DNA of 35,382 nucleotides from Octopus bimaculoides (taxonomy: Eukaryota), in the NCBI RefSeq assembly GCF_001194135.2, contig NC_068984.1:103194380-103229761 (forward strand), given 5' to 3'. Under the pieces are notes generated by a model, which was not told the DNA's origin, did not search any database, and saw only the letters and a program-made list of their open reading frames with translations. Each line of letters opens with the position of its first letter. The stretch's first letter is position 1. Below are positions 1 to 10,490 of this stretch, one piece after another. Position numbers and translations under genes: made by a program.

Positions 1-32
<32 letters not shown>

Positions 33-205
33 GTATGTATATACTCATACATATGTATATCTACAAGTACGTCTCTATATACATATACAAATAGTATATA
101 TACGCAGACACAGATGTATGTGTGTGTGCGTGCGCGTGTGCGAGTGCGTGTGTGTGCGTGTGCACGTGTGTGCGTGCGTGTGTGCATACGTGTGTATTAC
201 AAAAG
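1..205. repeat. Compound microsatellite (AT)n / (GT)n / (GC)-interrupted
   Basis: Read directly; it explains the low-complexity ORFs 31..282 and 122..388. Confidence 0.95.
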
Positions 206-879
206 GCCAAGTCCATTTGTATGTTTCCATCAGAAGTAGACAGAAGAGCAAACCAACATCCGGATATAAGGTGGAAGGTTGAAAGGCTTAATAGGGAAGG
301 AAAGGGAAATATAGAGTTTTATAGTTTTTATCGGTACAACTACATTATTGAAACTGTGTCTGTGCGTATTCTTTCCTGTTATCCCTGACCCTGTGGTAGG
401 GTTCGTGGCTCAGAATATCATGCAACACCAGCAAAAAGGGTAAAGTATTGTTGAGAAAGACAAATGTTGAAAGAATTGATGAGAGAAGAGAGACATAACA
501 AGGGTTGTATGTTGTAATGTCACTCAATACAGAGATGAAATATTAGTAACAGGAAGGAAGTGATGTAGATGGTGGCGAGGTGGATGTTGGGGGGCAGGGA
601 AGCGAGTGGGAAAGTGAGGGAGAAAAAAGGGGTGAGGTAAAAGAAAAGAGTGTCAGCGATAGAATAGGATCAATAAAATATAAACAGTAATAAACAAGTG
701 AAGAAAAATATATATAGTGCATGTGTTTATTTGGCAAAAAAAAATATGACCACCCTGAAATACAACAATATATATATATATTTCTTGGTTGGCCGTTGTC
801 CGTGCAACATCGATATTCCTCCATGTGCCTGTGAAATCTTGTATCCCTGCCATAAGGCTTTATTTCCATACACGCCAGC

Positions 880-1113
880 TTAATTTAATTCGTCCTTAGT
901 CAAAAGACACCTGTTGTTATGTCCTGCTATTATTTTTATTGTATTCATGTAACATTGTTCGTTTTTTTCCGTCCTTGTTTTTGCATACATTCGCTGCTTT
1001 CTTCCAAGGAATCTAATGCTCTTAGCTTAGTTTTTCCTTGGGGCTGGCCAGATTGGAGCAATCTCGAGTATAACCAGCTGAAATTGCAAAGATAATCTGG
1101 AACTCAACTGAGG
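880..1113 (+). mobile_element. Possible Penelope-like element terminal remnant, cut by an assembly gap
   Basis: T-rich 3'UTR-like tract ending ...ggaactcaaCTGAGG at the gap edge. This parallels ggagacaaCTGATGA in the hammerhead-like motif at 15650-15664 (-). Family call is inference. Confidence 0.3.
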
Positions 1114-1321
1114 NNNNNNNNNNNNNNNNNNNNNNNNNNNNNNNNNNNNNNNNNNNNNNNNNNNNNNNNNNNNNNNNNNNNNNNNNNNNNNNNNNNNNNN
1201 NNNNNNNNNNNNNNNNNNNNNNNNNNNNNNNNNNNNNNNNNNNNNNNNNNNNNNNNNNNNNNNNNNNNNNNNNNNNNNNNNNNNNNNNNNNNNNNNNNNN
1301 NNNNNNNNNNNNNNNNNNNNN

Positions 1322-1946
1322 CGATAATTATCGATTTTTTTTTCAAAAAGTTGTCTGATTTTGATCAAACTTGACATACCTATGCATTCTTACCCAAGGT
1401 TTTTCGTTTCGTCATTATTTTATTCAAATTCCGTTTCGTTTGAGCACAGCACAAGAAAAACCGACTCAAAAAATGCCTTTAAGGCAGGGCATAGCGCCGG
1501 AACTATTGAGCCGATTTAAACCAAACTCGGTAAACGAATGCATTTTCATCCAACGAGTCTTATGCCATGGTTCATTTAATTAAATTGAGCTTTGTTTGAG
1601 CACGATTCGACAAATTCACATTCGAACAAAATGCCTTTGTTGAGGTAGCTCCTTTTCTCAAAACACTGACCCTATTCCTTCTCCGATGCATAAACAATTA
1701 ATCTCTAACATGGTGTGCACAAACATTGGATAGTGGAAAACATGTTAATCGCCCATTTGAGAAGTGATTTGATTCGTTACCGACTCCCATTGCAACACAG
1801 CTTACCGTACTGCTACTAGATTACTTTATGGATATCTCTCCATTAAGACGTGCTTATGGCTTCGTACCCGCATACCTATCCTGTCAGCCGCTTGCTTTTA
1901 TCCTTCTGACTGGGGCTAAGTGTTCCTTAACCTCCCTTTTTAGGTC
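1322..1946 (+). mobile_element. Probable Helitron 5' non-coding region
   Basis: Lies directly upstream of the Helitron ORF. It has a palindrome cgataattatcg (1322-1333), a motif whose reverse complement tgtcaagtttgatcaaaatc matches tgtcaagtttcatcaaaatc at about 24416-24435, and a splice-acceptor-like cctccctttttag just before ATG 1947. Confidence 0.35.
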
Positions 1947-2875
1947 ATGTCACAACGGAAGAGGTTCACCATTGGCCGAAATACTGCTAAACCAGAAGAA
2001 TCAAGACGAAATGGAGCTTCATAATCGTCGTTGGAGACTACCATCCGTCGGTCACAAGCTTCTGAACGTACGGCCACTAGAAGAGCTCTCGAAACAGACG
2101 ACCAGCGAAATGCTCGCTTGACCACTATTGCCATCTTATCTGCGGCTGCTCGCGCTGCAGAAACCGAAGACCAACGTAGAACTCACCGAACCGCCAATGC
2201 TGCTTCAACGGCAGCTGCTCGAGCCTCAGAGACAGAAGGCCAGCGAAGAAAACGTCAAACCGCCAATACTGCTGTGACTGCGACTGCTCGCGCCGCAGAA
2301 ACGTAGAACTATCCGAGCCGCGAATGCTTCTTCAATGGCAGCTGCTCGAGCTTTAGAAACAGAGGACTAGCGAAGAAGCCGCCGATCTGCAAAGGCTTCT
2401 GAAACAAGTCCCCAGCAGAAACGTCGCTGAGCCACTAATACCGCGTGCACTTCAGCTGCACGTGCCAAGGAGAATGAGGAACAGCGCCATAGACGTCGGA
2501 CAACGAATGCTGCAAATGCTGCTGCTGTTCAATCTTCCCAAACGTTACAAGACCGTGATAATCGCTTTCAGAGTGATGCCAGGCAGCAAGCCCTCAAGAA
2601 AGGTGTTTCTAAACCGCTGGTCTCACAATGAGCCTTAAAAGCATTCTAGTACAATTCCGTCTTTGATTATGTCGGCCACCCAGACATGTCGCTTGGAAGT
2701 ATGTCAAAGACGTGCTCATTTTGCTTTGCCAAAAAGTGGTAGAGAGAGCTATCCGGTTTGTGCTGCTCTGGTCGAAAGGTCCGATTGCCTCCACTCGAGG
2801 ACGCACAAGAGCCGCTAAAGCTTCTCTTCACAGGTGATACAGTTGAATCGAAGCACTTTCTTAGTTGCGTCCGGA
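1947..2875 (+). mobile_element. Helitron Rep/helicase N-terminal fragment (decayed; 23-aa STPR-like repeats plus Cys-rich motif)
   Basis: Manual translation gives MSQRKRFTIGRNTAK, then 23-aa repeats ETDDQRNARLTTIAILSAAARAA / ETEDQRRTHRTANAASTAAARAS / ETEGQRRKRQTANTAVTATARAA, then LGSMSKTCSFCFAKKW*RELSGLCCSGRKVRLPPLEDAQEPLKLLFTGDTVESKHFL. This is the typical Helitron RepHel N-terminus (CxxC...CC.GKV.LPPL...PEPL). Several stops and a frameshift. Confidence 0.85.
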
Positions 2876-2924
2876 GTGTTCGCCCGACGGACGAATTTCA
2901 ATGTTATGAAAACATTGAAATTTG

Positions 2925-3370
2925 CATCCGAACAGTTGCACGGTGATCCTCCAAAATGGCAGCTTCCACTTTACGAACGGTATCGTCATCAATGGCGGAA
3001 TGTGGTCGTCCAGAAATAGGAGCAGTTTCCATCGATGTCCGACTACATTTGAACTGGCGATGCCAGTGCTTGAGTACGTCATATGATGATGTATCGTCAC
3101 CATAAACTTCTTTCGCCTCATCGAAAGTCTCTTTTGATGTACGACCTTTCAAGTATGAGAACCCGATGACTGATCATTGATCTACATTCAACTGCTTCCA
3201 TTATAACACCTTAGTCCACTTCAGCAGCCGTAAAAGACAAATAATACTAGTGAAAAGCTGCAATTTACAATGTAACATGTAGAGACTTGTATGATTATGC
3301 CTCTACATGTTCCGGTTCCTGCAATAACCGGAAGTGGGTCAGAGGAAATCTTTAATGAATTCCCCTCATA
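2925..3370 (-). mobile_element. Mariner (Tc1/mariner) 5' end with transposase HTH fragment
   Basis: ORF 2904..3152 reads KGRTSKETFDEAKEVYGDDTSSYDVLKHWHRQFKCSRTSMETAPISGRPHSAIDDDTVRKVEAAILEDHR, matching the mariner N-terminal HTH with its GRP motif. ATG at 3201-3199; TIR-like end TA|TGAGGGGAATTCATTAAAG at 3370-3350. Confidence 0.85.
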
Positions 3371-3454
3371 TGTATATATGTGATTGTATGTATATACATA
3401 CTCACACTAGTACGCGCGCGCGCACACACACATACATACACACACATATATACA

Positions 3455-3497
<43 letters not shown>

Positions 3498-3680
3498 GTA
3501 TATATGTATATATACGTCAGGCTTCTTTCAGATTTCGTCCACCGAATCCACTGAAATGGCTTTGGTCCTTCCGGAGCTATAGCAGAAGACACTTGCCCAA
3601 AGTACCCCGCCGTCAGACTGACCCCAAGACCACATGATTGCGAAGCAAGCTTCTTAACCAAACAAACACACCTTCGCCTA
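3371..3680 (-). mobile_element. SINE family A (tRNA-derived), 5' half plus internal microsatellite
   Basis: The reverse complement of 3515-3680 aligns with the heads of the copies at 21013 and 34180. 3371-3514 is the (TA)/(TG) tract internal to this family. Confidence 0.85.
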
Positions 3681-5336
3681 TATGCCACGCCCGCAAATAA
3701 TTAAAGTGCTTTTGGCAAAAATTTTGTTCAGAGAATTTCAAAGGCGTTTTCCTGAAAAATAAGGGGAAAATGCGAATTTATTAATGCAATAATCAGTATG
3801 GTTGTGTTATAGCTTTTGCAATCTAAGTAATGCAATTAGTAAAAGTTTTAGTAATGTACCTTTATCGCAATGCTTTGTTTTCAAATGATGATTAGGTGTG
3901 CGTAGTGTTTAATACATTTTTGCACTGTATAAAGTAATCTGAACGGATAAGTCTTTCTTTAGTAACCATGGAGGTCATTAAGAGCATTAGAAGAAATTTT
4001 AAACTGCGTGTTGATATTTGCTTTTATACTAAGAAAAGGTGAAACTGTACACTAATACATTGTGAATATTTTCATTTTATCGCAGAGGTTTTGGTTTTGC
4101 AGATTGAAGCTGAAGCTATTTTCTGCGGTTGAGAGAGACACTAGCCAGAGTTTATCAAGATTAAACTGGTCATACAATATAAAAGCATCAACAACATAAA
4201 AGCAGCTGTCTTATCCAACAGGGTCAGATCAATACATATAGTTGTAAACATCTTATTAGTAACAACCATTTGAAGTTTGTTCTGTAATTCGTTGGTGTAT
4301 TTCTCTCTTTGAAACGCAATGTTCGACATGTTGCAGAAAGAAGCATTGCTGAGGCGCCTAACATTCCAGCGAGATTTGGATCATTTTAGAAATGAAAGGA
4401 AAACTACAGGATACCTAGAACAGTTGGATATCCTCAATTATGATAATGGACTTAAATCGGCAGAATTATGTCTGCAACCAACCAGGCACTTGAACATTTA
4501 ATCCATAGTTCTCTATGCTCTATGGATGAAATATTTACAATAATTCCGAGACTGTTCCACCAATTATACATTATCCGAGTCCTTCCTGTGCCATCTACCG
4601 TAAAACATGTGTATACCTTTCTGTCTGTACAATCTGTGAAAGACTCCTTCGGGTAAACTTTGATAAATGTGGTCATCAGAGTTTCCCGTCTGGTCGCAGC
4701 ATTTTGATGATCGATTTTGAACATTTAATAATCAATGATATTTCTGCATCTACTATCTGAGTCATAGTACACAGAGAAAAGTTCAAATCTTAGGACAGAC
4801 CACCACTACAAACAGAAGAGATGATTGATGATACAATTTCGTGAAACGTTGGACAAGCTTTCCTACCTACATATGAAGTGGTATGGATAAATAAATCATG
4901 AGTGCCGATTACATAAATGTTATTCCATAACACTTAAGTAATCATCACATGTGACATCCAGCCACCAGCTCTTCCTTCAATATGCTTGAGAAAGATTTCT
5001 ACTCTGTTTCCAACCTAAGTAGGAAATACCCACAAGAGAGTTGGATCTTTGTTTTCTATGTGCATGACCACTCACCAATCTGAAAAGCTGCTGGAAATAT
5101 AAGAAAGAATAAGACACTTTTATCACCTGCCTTGATTAACGCTTGTTGTGATGAGTCTTCAAGAAAACGAGTTAAACTTGTCAGAATAGTGCAATAATAA
5201 CGTATGAAAAATTCATGTCTGGGCTATGTGAACGAGTAAGATCTTAGAGGAATTTCTGAAAAGTGTATAACAGAGAATAAGTGAAAATAAACAGTTTTAA
5301 ATTAAGATAAACATTATTACGTGGCCTAGTTATTAA

Positions 5337-5685
5337 TAGGGTTTCTCAACCATTTTTTATCTACGTACTCCTTTGATTACTTTTTTATTCTGATGGGCCT
5401 CCATAGCCATTTGATGTATAAAAACTAGATTTTTAGAAACTTCTTTCAAAATAACTATTTTGTTTACCACACATTAATTTGTGTAGGTTGAAGTATGTAA
5501 AATGCTAGAGAAAGAAACCTAATTGTTTCTTGCACTACATACCAATTACATGCATCTAAAGTAAAAAATGTTCAGGGACCCTTAAAATACTATTGTAGAT
5601 ACCCAATTTGCTATTTCGTTGCGTGGATCCCAAAAACCTTATATGGATCTTCAGGTGCCGCATGAACTCCTGTTGAGAACCACTG
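5337..5685. mobile_element. hAT-type MITE (Charlie-like TIRs)
   Basis: Left TAGGGTTTCTCAAC versus right reverse complement CAGTGGTTCTCAAC (11/14 match). No 8-bp TSD is retained. Confidence 0.6.
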
Positions 5686-6144
5686 AATTTGAGAGTTGAT
5701 ATTGCATTTACGATGCGTGGTGTTCTTGAGCAAAACACTTCCTTTCAGGTTGCTCAAGTTCACTCAGTCTAAATGAGTTCCAGCAATACCTGAGAAGTCA
5801 ATTGCCTCCCGTTCTGGGATGGGAGGATGTTGCAATCTCGACAGAAAATCTGGATTAATCTCCGACTTTATGAGAAATGGTATTCACGACTGACTACGTA
5901 AGTCCTAAGATCTTCAATATTGTACTGTAGTTTACAATGACAGCGTATGATGTTTTTTTATATTATCTTTGTTTCTATGATTGTGTAAATAATATTGTTC
6001 CCTAAAATAGTAAGTTGTAAATTTAGCGTGGAAGTGCTATGCCATAGCAGAATACTTCTAATATAAACTCGTTATACATATCACTGTTTACCGCTGTCAG
6101 CCGTACAATACTTATCTCTTTTTTATTGCAGTCTGATTATGCAA

Positions 6145-6342
6145 TAGTGCCGGCTTAAAGCATAGGCATCCAGTGCCGGCTTAAGGCATAGGCACACTGG
6201 ATAGTTGCCTGGGGGCTGCATGGATCTAGGAGCCCAGTTCTGACTTATGTATGCTGTAGCTTGCTGCCAATAAAGAAAATAAATAATAAGGACCCAATGC
6301 TTTGATTTTCCCGGGGCCTATAACGCTGCGAAGATGGCACGG
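6145..6342. mobile_element. hAT-like MITE with tandemly duplicated left terminus
   Basis: Left end CAGTGCCGGCTT is present twice (6145-6170, 6171-6196). Right end AAGATGGCACGG has reverse complement CCGTGCCATCTT (9/12 match). Confidence 0.5.
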
Positions 6343-6471
6343 CCTCACTGCCACTGTTGGTAATGTTATCTCGGTGATGTAATTAAATGTATTTTACCTT
6401 CATAATTACTTGTAGTGAACATTCTGGGAAGCTAAAGACATCATTTCTTGAGTACATTTTAAATTGCTTTC

Positions 6472-6672
6472 AAATTTTGGCACAAGGCCAACATTTCGAG
6501 GGAAGGGTTGATTACATTGACCCTAACGTTCACCTGGTACTTATTTTATCGACTCCGAAAAAATGAAAAGCCAAGTCGACCACGATGGAGTTTGAACTCA
6601 TAATGTAATGGCGGATGAAATACCACTAAGCATTTTGCCCGGCGTGCTAACCATTCTGCCAGCTCGCCGCCT
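6472..6672 (-). mobile_element. SINE family B (tRNA-derived)
   Basis: Reverse complement starts ggcggcgagctggcagaatggttagcacgcc (A box) and has a gagttcaaactcc B box. Aligns with the copies at 9076, 9811, 16241 and 35111. Confidence 0.9.
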
Positions 6673-6949
6673 TGTCTGCTCTCAATATCAACTTTGAATA
6701 TTTAAAAATGAATATATCAGTTATTTCATTTCAAGGATGTTTTACTTTGTAAAAATTTTAATTATTGCATATTTAGTATGGTTTTTATCATCTTTGTTTT
6801 TGCTAATTAACATTTTCAACGCGCTGGGGTGTCGGAAACTTTATTCAAGTAGGTTTCATTTAAACAAGATTATTTTTGAGGAAGGTTTTTCTTAATATGG
6901 TTATCCCCGGGGCTCTTACCCAAGGTGACTTACATTTTATTGCTTTCAG

Positions 6950-7051
6950 ATCAAATCAAAACTTTCGAATGAAACTGGATGAAAACCCGTTCTGGTGGAC
7001 AGTACCAGTCATTGAAAAGGCTATGTCTTGCTCATTCTACCTGAGGAATGG
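6950..7051 (+). CDS. Candidate isolated 102-nt internal exon (xSNQNFRMKLDENPFWWTVPVIEKAMSCSFYLRNG)
   Basis: Branch-like gacttac, then attttattgctttcAG|...aatgg|GTaaag. Only one frame is open and the exon is phase 2/2 symmetric. No homology recognised. Confidence 0.3.
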
Positions 7052-7242
7052 GTAAAGATATATAAGGCTACTTGTAAAATACCACTTACATGATAATTCT
7101 ATATGTAAGAAGTTAAATTGATGGGAAAAAAGGACTGGATTGTAAGTCGTCAAAGAAGACGCAAATCCATTCATCTAATAATTTATTAATGTGTGCTTGT
7201 GTATGTGTATATGCGTGTGTATGCGCGTACGCGTGTATAAAT

Positions 7243-7553
7243 AGGCATGTGGCTTAATGATTAGAGTTATTCGGCTTGCGATTGTAAGGTCGTGAATTCG
7301 ATTTCTCGCAGTATGTTGTGTCCTTGAGCAAGTCACTTTATTTCACGTTTCTCCAGTCCACTCAGCTGGCAAAAGTGAGCAGTACCTGTATTTTAAAGAG
7401 CCAGCCTTGTCACTTTTTGTGTAACGCTGAAAACTACGTTAAAGGTATGCGTGTCTGTGGAGTTATCAGCCACTTGCATATTAATTTCACGAGCAGGCTG
7501 TTGTATTGTTCGGATCAACTGGAACCCTCGTCGTCGTAATCGACAGAGTGTCT
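7243..7553 (+). mobile_element. SINE family C-related (tRNA head, CORE-like ttgagcaagtcactt segment)
   Basis: A box tggcttaatg and B box-like aattcgatttc. The segment gtgtccttgagcaagtcactttatttcacgtttctccagtccactcagctg matches the copy at 15973; the 3' halves differ. Confidence 0.7.
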
Positions 7554-8976
7554 GTTATATATATNNNNNNNNNNNNNNNNNNNNNNNNNNNNNNNNNNNN
7601 NNNNNNNNNNNNNNNNNNNNNNNNNNNNNNNNNNNNNNNNNNNNNNNNNNNNNNNNNNNNNNNNNNNNNNNNNNNNNNNNNNNNNNNNNNNNNNNNNNNN
7701 NNNNNNNNNNNNNNNNNNNNNNNNNNNNNNNNNNNNNNNNNNNNNNNNNNNNNNNNNNNNNNNNNNNNNNNNNNNNNNNNNNNNNNNNNNNNNNNNNNNN
7801 NNNNNNNNNNNNNNNNNNNNNNNNNNNNNNNNNNNNNNNNNNNNNNNNNNNNNNNNNNNNNNNNNNNNNNNNNNNNNNNNNNNNNNNNNNNNNNNNNNNN
7901 NNNNNNNNNNNNNNNNNNNNNNNNNNNNNNNNNNNNNNNNNNNNNNNNNNNNNNNNNNNNNNNNNNNNNNNNNNNNNNNNNNNNNNNNNNNNNNNNNNNN
8001 NNNNNNNNNNNNNNNNNNNNNNNNNNNNNNNNNNNNNNNNNNNNNNNNNNNNNNNNNNNNNNNNNNNNNNNNNNNNNNNNNNNNNNNNNNNNNNNNNNNN
8101 NNNNNNNTATATATAGCGGGAAACTTACAAAAATTTCCCAAGCCTCATCACGTAAGCATCCTTGGCCAATGAAATTGCATTTTAAACAGATACTGATTTT
8201 GAGCTATATTTTCTGTATAAAACAAGAGAATTTTCGATCTCCAGTCAGAAACAATACAGTTGCGGTTGCGGTATAGTCCCACGTCTTTCTATCTCACTTA
8301 ACTTTTCAAAACCAGGAAAATATGTGAAACCTGTTACACCTTTAAAATTAAACCATCTATAAGGCTCTCAGTGCATTATTTTTAGGAATTTCGAATTTTT
8401 TAATAGTTAATAGAATTAGTCTTTCAGACATCATTTTCAAAATTCGATGCTATTAACTATAAAAAGTGGAAACTAAGTGCCATAAAAGATAGTTTGTACA
8501 TAAATATATACGGGAGTAGTATTCATCCATGATTTTAGACATATTTTCTGAGTTGATTATAACAGTTTTTGGAAAACATTTGTCGATGTAATCATTAGAA
8601 AAGATGCGCCTTCATTGGATTCTATTTTATTTTGTTAAGAGTGCAGGACGCAGAAGTGTTACCATTCTGATGCTTGGAGTATTTCTGTATTTCGTTTTCT
8701 CTATAGTAGTGCGGGAACTTATGTTGCAATTCCACCGTAACTGATCTTAATAATACCAAAACAAACGAAAAACAAACGGTCTTGTTAAAACCTGAGTAGC
8801 ATTGGTCGTATAGGATGAAACTTTTTCCTAAGTATGTGGTGGGGAGACATGTTCAACATATTGTTGTTTTCCTTTATGAACATTTATATACACATCGTTA
8901 TAGCAAGGACGCGGTTCAACAGAATGTATCTCTCCCGAAGGAAAGTTTGGATACTCTGCTATCCCTGCGTGACTGA

Positions 8977-9034
<58 letters not shown>

Positions 9035-9075
9035 GTCGGCAAAGTGCAAAAACAATTAGGAGAAATAATAAATTT

Positions 9076-9250
9076 CAAATTTTGGCACAAGGCCAGCAAT
9101 TCCAGGAGCGGGCTAAGTCGATTCCATCGACCCCGAAACGATGAAAGGTAAAGTCGATCTCGGCGGAATTTGGACACAGAACTTAAAAACGGACGAAATG
9201 CAGCTAAGTATTTTGCCCGTCGTGCTAATGATTGTAGCAGCTCGCCGCCT
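9076..9250 (-). mobile_element. SINE family B
   Basis: Aligns with 6472-6672 and 16241-16447, with an internal deletion. Confidence 0.9.
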
Positions 9251-9810
9251 TAATTAGAAGAAAATTAATTGTTACACATTCCTCACAAATATTTGTTTCT
9301 TTTTTTATGTAGATAAACCTGACCATTTCTTACCTTCTCTTTTAGAAACACATGTCAATATAATACGACATTGCGAAAGAAAAATCTCGAAATCAGGCTT
9401 TAAAGTAGCTAAAATCGGTTAATGGTATTGTCTGGATGTAATGCAGCTGAAGACTGTAAATTAAGATCCATGCTTGAACATCGAATTGGAAATTCAAAGG
9501 AACTTAACGGCTTCGTAAATGTCACGCTTCCAGTCATATGGAAAGCAAAGGAAAATAAAAACCTTGATTAATGTTACAGTTTTTGAAGATTGCCCTTCAA
9601 TTCTTTTTGTACCTGAAATAATGTAAAATGTATTGTAAAAACAAAATCAAAAATAAATTCACTTCGTGTTCCACAATTTCTATAACATTAATATTTGAAT
9701 GTTAGATTAATCCGCCATCAACTACATAATTTTGGCATTTTTACAAGACTTTTTTCAACGTCTAAAGCTTCGATACACATTTAATTCATTCTTTCTGCAT
9801 CAGATATTAT

Positions 9811-10003
9811 AAGGCCTGAAATTTGGTAGGAGGGACTACTCGATCAGATAGATCCTAGTGCTCAACTGGTATTTATTTCGCCGTCCACGAAAGGATGAAA
9901 GGCAGGGTCGACCTCAGCAGAATTTGAATCAGAGCATAAAGTCGGAAGAAATGCTGCTAAGCATTTTGTACGGCGTGCTAACGATTCTGCCTGCTCGCCG
10001 CCT
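9811..10003 (-). mobile_element. SINE family B
   Basis: Contains gtcgacctcagcagaatttgaatcag...cggcgtgctaacgattctgcctgctcgccgcct, as in the other copies. Confidence 0.9.
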
Positions 10004-10277
10004 ACAGTTTATTAATTAATATATGTTATTAATAAAGAAAGGAAGCCTAATATTAACAAAGTCTGGGAAAATTACTCAATGCTTTGACAGAAAAATAATG
10101 ACTGGGGCCTAGAACAAAATATTGCTAAGAAAAATACGAAAGAAATCTGGGCAAACTCAAGCTTCAGTTTATTTACAATTTTGATGGATTTGAAGAAGCA
10201 GTAAAGATTGCTCAAAATAAAACTGAAGTAATTGTTGATATTTATTAATTAATTATACGACACTCATACATTCATAC

Positions 10278-10392
10278 CAAAAGGATGAAATGTAGTTAGG
10301 CTCGGCGGGTTTTGAATACTGAATGTAAAGAGCGGAACAAATGCCGCAAAGCAATTTTTCGACGCTGTAACGACTCTGCCAGCTTACTGCCT
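10278..10392 (-). mobile_element. SINE family B, diverged, 5' part
   Basis: aaggatgaaa...ctcggcgggttttgaatactgaatgtaaagag...taacgactctgccagcttactgcct aligns with the other copies. Confidence 0.7.
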
Positions 10393-10490
10393 TAAAATCA
10401 CATCAAATATTTCACCTCAAAACGAGTGGCAAACTAACATCGGATGATGTATAAACGCAAATCATGTACTGTTCGATTGTTTATGATATA

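Noticed and set aside
543-869. ORF with YGRDTRFHRHMEEYR, faintly like a GIY-YIG endonuclease
   Set aside because: Only a few residues match, and the frame runs through an (AT) tract and purine-rich low-complexity DNA; not enough to call.
3410-3425. (CG)n/(CA)n Z-DNA-prone tracts (also about 18145-18175 and 26555-26575)
   Set aside because: Ordinary by-products of microsatellite mutation in this genome; no evidence of function.
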